A stretch of DNA of 51,924 nt, filler included, from Sphacelaria rigidula (lineage: Eukaryota): assembly GCA_964200075.2 (NCBI GenBank). It is 4 parts of 4 records of this genome, joined end to end, with 100 filler letters (N's around TTAATTAATTAA, not from the genome) between each part and the next. Parts side by side here need not be neighbours in the genome. Positions count along the whole stretch, not along the records: positions 39,021 to 51,924 come from CAXNAA020003319.1; 3 more parts are not named here. One strand, given 5' to 3'. The notes under the pieces were generated by a model. It worked only from the letters and a program-made list of their open reading frames with translations. It was not told the DNA's origin and searched no databases. The position numbers and the translations under genes are program-made. Within the stretch, counting starts at the first letter, position 1. Every line of letters begins with the position of its first letter. Below, one piece after another: positions 50,736-51,924 of this stretch.

Positions 50736-51562
50736 CGCAGCCGCAGCCGAAGTGGCTGCAGCTGCGTCGACGGGATCGGCTACTGCGCGCTGTAACTGGG
50801 CGTTGGCGCACGCAGCGTGTCGGGTGTGTCGTGTGGTGGGCCGCACGTTTCAGGTGGCCATCAGGTGGGCGTCGTCGCCGTTGCGTGGTCTGGTGGTATC
50901 AAGTAGTGTGTACACGCAAGTGCTGGAGTGCTGCGCTGCCACGTTTTAATGATGTCAGCAGGCACGCTTGATTTGGCTGCTGACCATGTTCCTGTTGTTT
51001 TTCAAGACAACCCTGAGTCGTTTTCCCGCTTGCGCGTTGCTTCAGCGCGTTGTGCATCCGCAGCGCAAGAGCGTACCCTGCGGAGACGCCCGAAAAACCC
51101 TCGTCCAGATTCACCACAACATTGCGTATCTCGGAACGCTTTCCACACACGCACCTCCTCGCGCCACCTGTTCTATCTTGTCGTATTCCCACCTCGATCC
51201 ACAGCTACCAAACCATCCAGAGCCAGCAAACTGCAGCTAGCCGTGTACCCGGTCGCGTGGCAGGTCCCGGCAGTCCCCGAAGCTTTGGGGCAACCACCTC
51301 ACCCATGAAGCCAAGTAGACTCGGCTCCCGCCATCCGTCCTTCAACGCTGACTCCTCGTGGGGAGAGTATAGGGAGGCGGCAGCAGGGCCTGATGGCACA
51401 GCTTCTGGGTCTTTGGATGCGTCTGGAGGTTCAGGTGCTTTCAATCTTCTGGGGCTACCACCGTCCCCTCCGCCGCCAATTGGAGTATCGGGAGCATCGG
51501 CTTGGAGTGGGAGAGGCGGGGTTTGGGGAGATGAGGGCGCTGGTGATATTATGGCGGGACAG
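49537..51562 (+). CDS. Four internal exons of an alpha-solenoid protein resembling TSET/TPLATE subunit TSAUCER (plant TASH3)
   Basis: Exons 49537-49737, 50002-50267, 50523-50864 and 51205-51562, GT-AG and phase-consistent. Ordered motifs SAVRRCP, LQG...ARHAFAVLAEQASESPAIVSQAL, DARHRVALEAMQCLL, LAHAACRVCRVVGRT resemble recalled TASH3 segments. Poly-Ala tract at ~50704-50748. The exon structure is firmer than the product call. Confidence 0.7.
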
Positions 51563-51733
51563 GTGCGGTTCGGTGGATCTGTGTGTGCATGCAAAGTCGC
51601 GCTGTGCTCGTTGCGTGGTGTGATGGAAGGAGGTACGATGTGCAAACGTGTGATGGCACGGAGCCACACATATCGAGGCAATCTAGTATATATAGCAATT
51701 ATAGCAATTATCTTGATCTTCATAATGCATTAA

Positions 51734-51915
51734 CCCTTTTGGGACCGGACTCCCAGAAACATATGTTTTGCACGCAGGGGCCTTCTTGTGAATTGACGTG
51801 ATGTTCAGCCGTCTTTAACGCTTAGACGGCGAGATTAGTCTTCTGTTGAATCGGCATCAATTTCAAGTGAAAAAGTATGCATGATCCAGAAAGACTAATC
51901 TCGCGGTCTAAAGGG
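51734..51915. mobile_element. Left end of the 47772-type element with a nested ~97-bp mini-element (51819-51915)
   Basis: TTAA|cccttttgggaccggactccc matches 47772 over ~50 bp. A second TTAA at 51815-51818 precedes a copy of the 98-bp family (right TTAA decayed). Confidence 0.7.
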
Positions 51916-51924
51916 AAACCATTT

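Overview
Eukaryotic, intron-rich, repeat-rich DNA, probably from a brown alga or other stramenopile (inferred from long TE-filled GT-AG introns and gene content). Most ORFs in the supplied track are spurious. The window is not one locus. It is four near-equal contigs (1-12908, 13009-25916, 26017-38920, 39021-51924; 12908/12908/12904/12904 bp) joined by artificial 100-bp N44-TTAATTAATTAA-N44 spacers. Host genes: a complete 4-exon holocytochrome c synthase (HCCS) gene lying head-to-head with exon 1 of a KIF-binding protein (KBP) gene; four internal exons resembling the TSET/TPLATE large subunit TSAUCER/TASH3; and two partial hypothetical genes. Mobile DNA: a full-length but decayed chromodomain Ty3/Gypsy element with 268-bp LTRs; four tRNA-headed SINE copies; a LINE RT relic; a hAT transposase relic; a hAT MITE with an 8-bp TSD; TA-flanked and foldback MITEs; and chained 98-bp TTAA/piggyBac-type mini-elements. 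The most unusual observations are (i) a ~5-kb decayed, spliced DDE-transposase-like gene with a canonical EF-hand exon immediately upstream, (ii) a tiny poly(C)-tailed insertion family, one copy interrupting the Gypsy RNase H with a probable TSD, and (iii) the TSAUCER-like gene. All protein family calls are motif recognition from memory, not database results.
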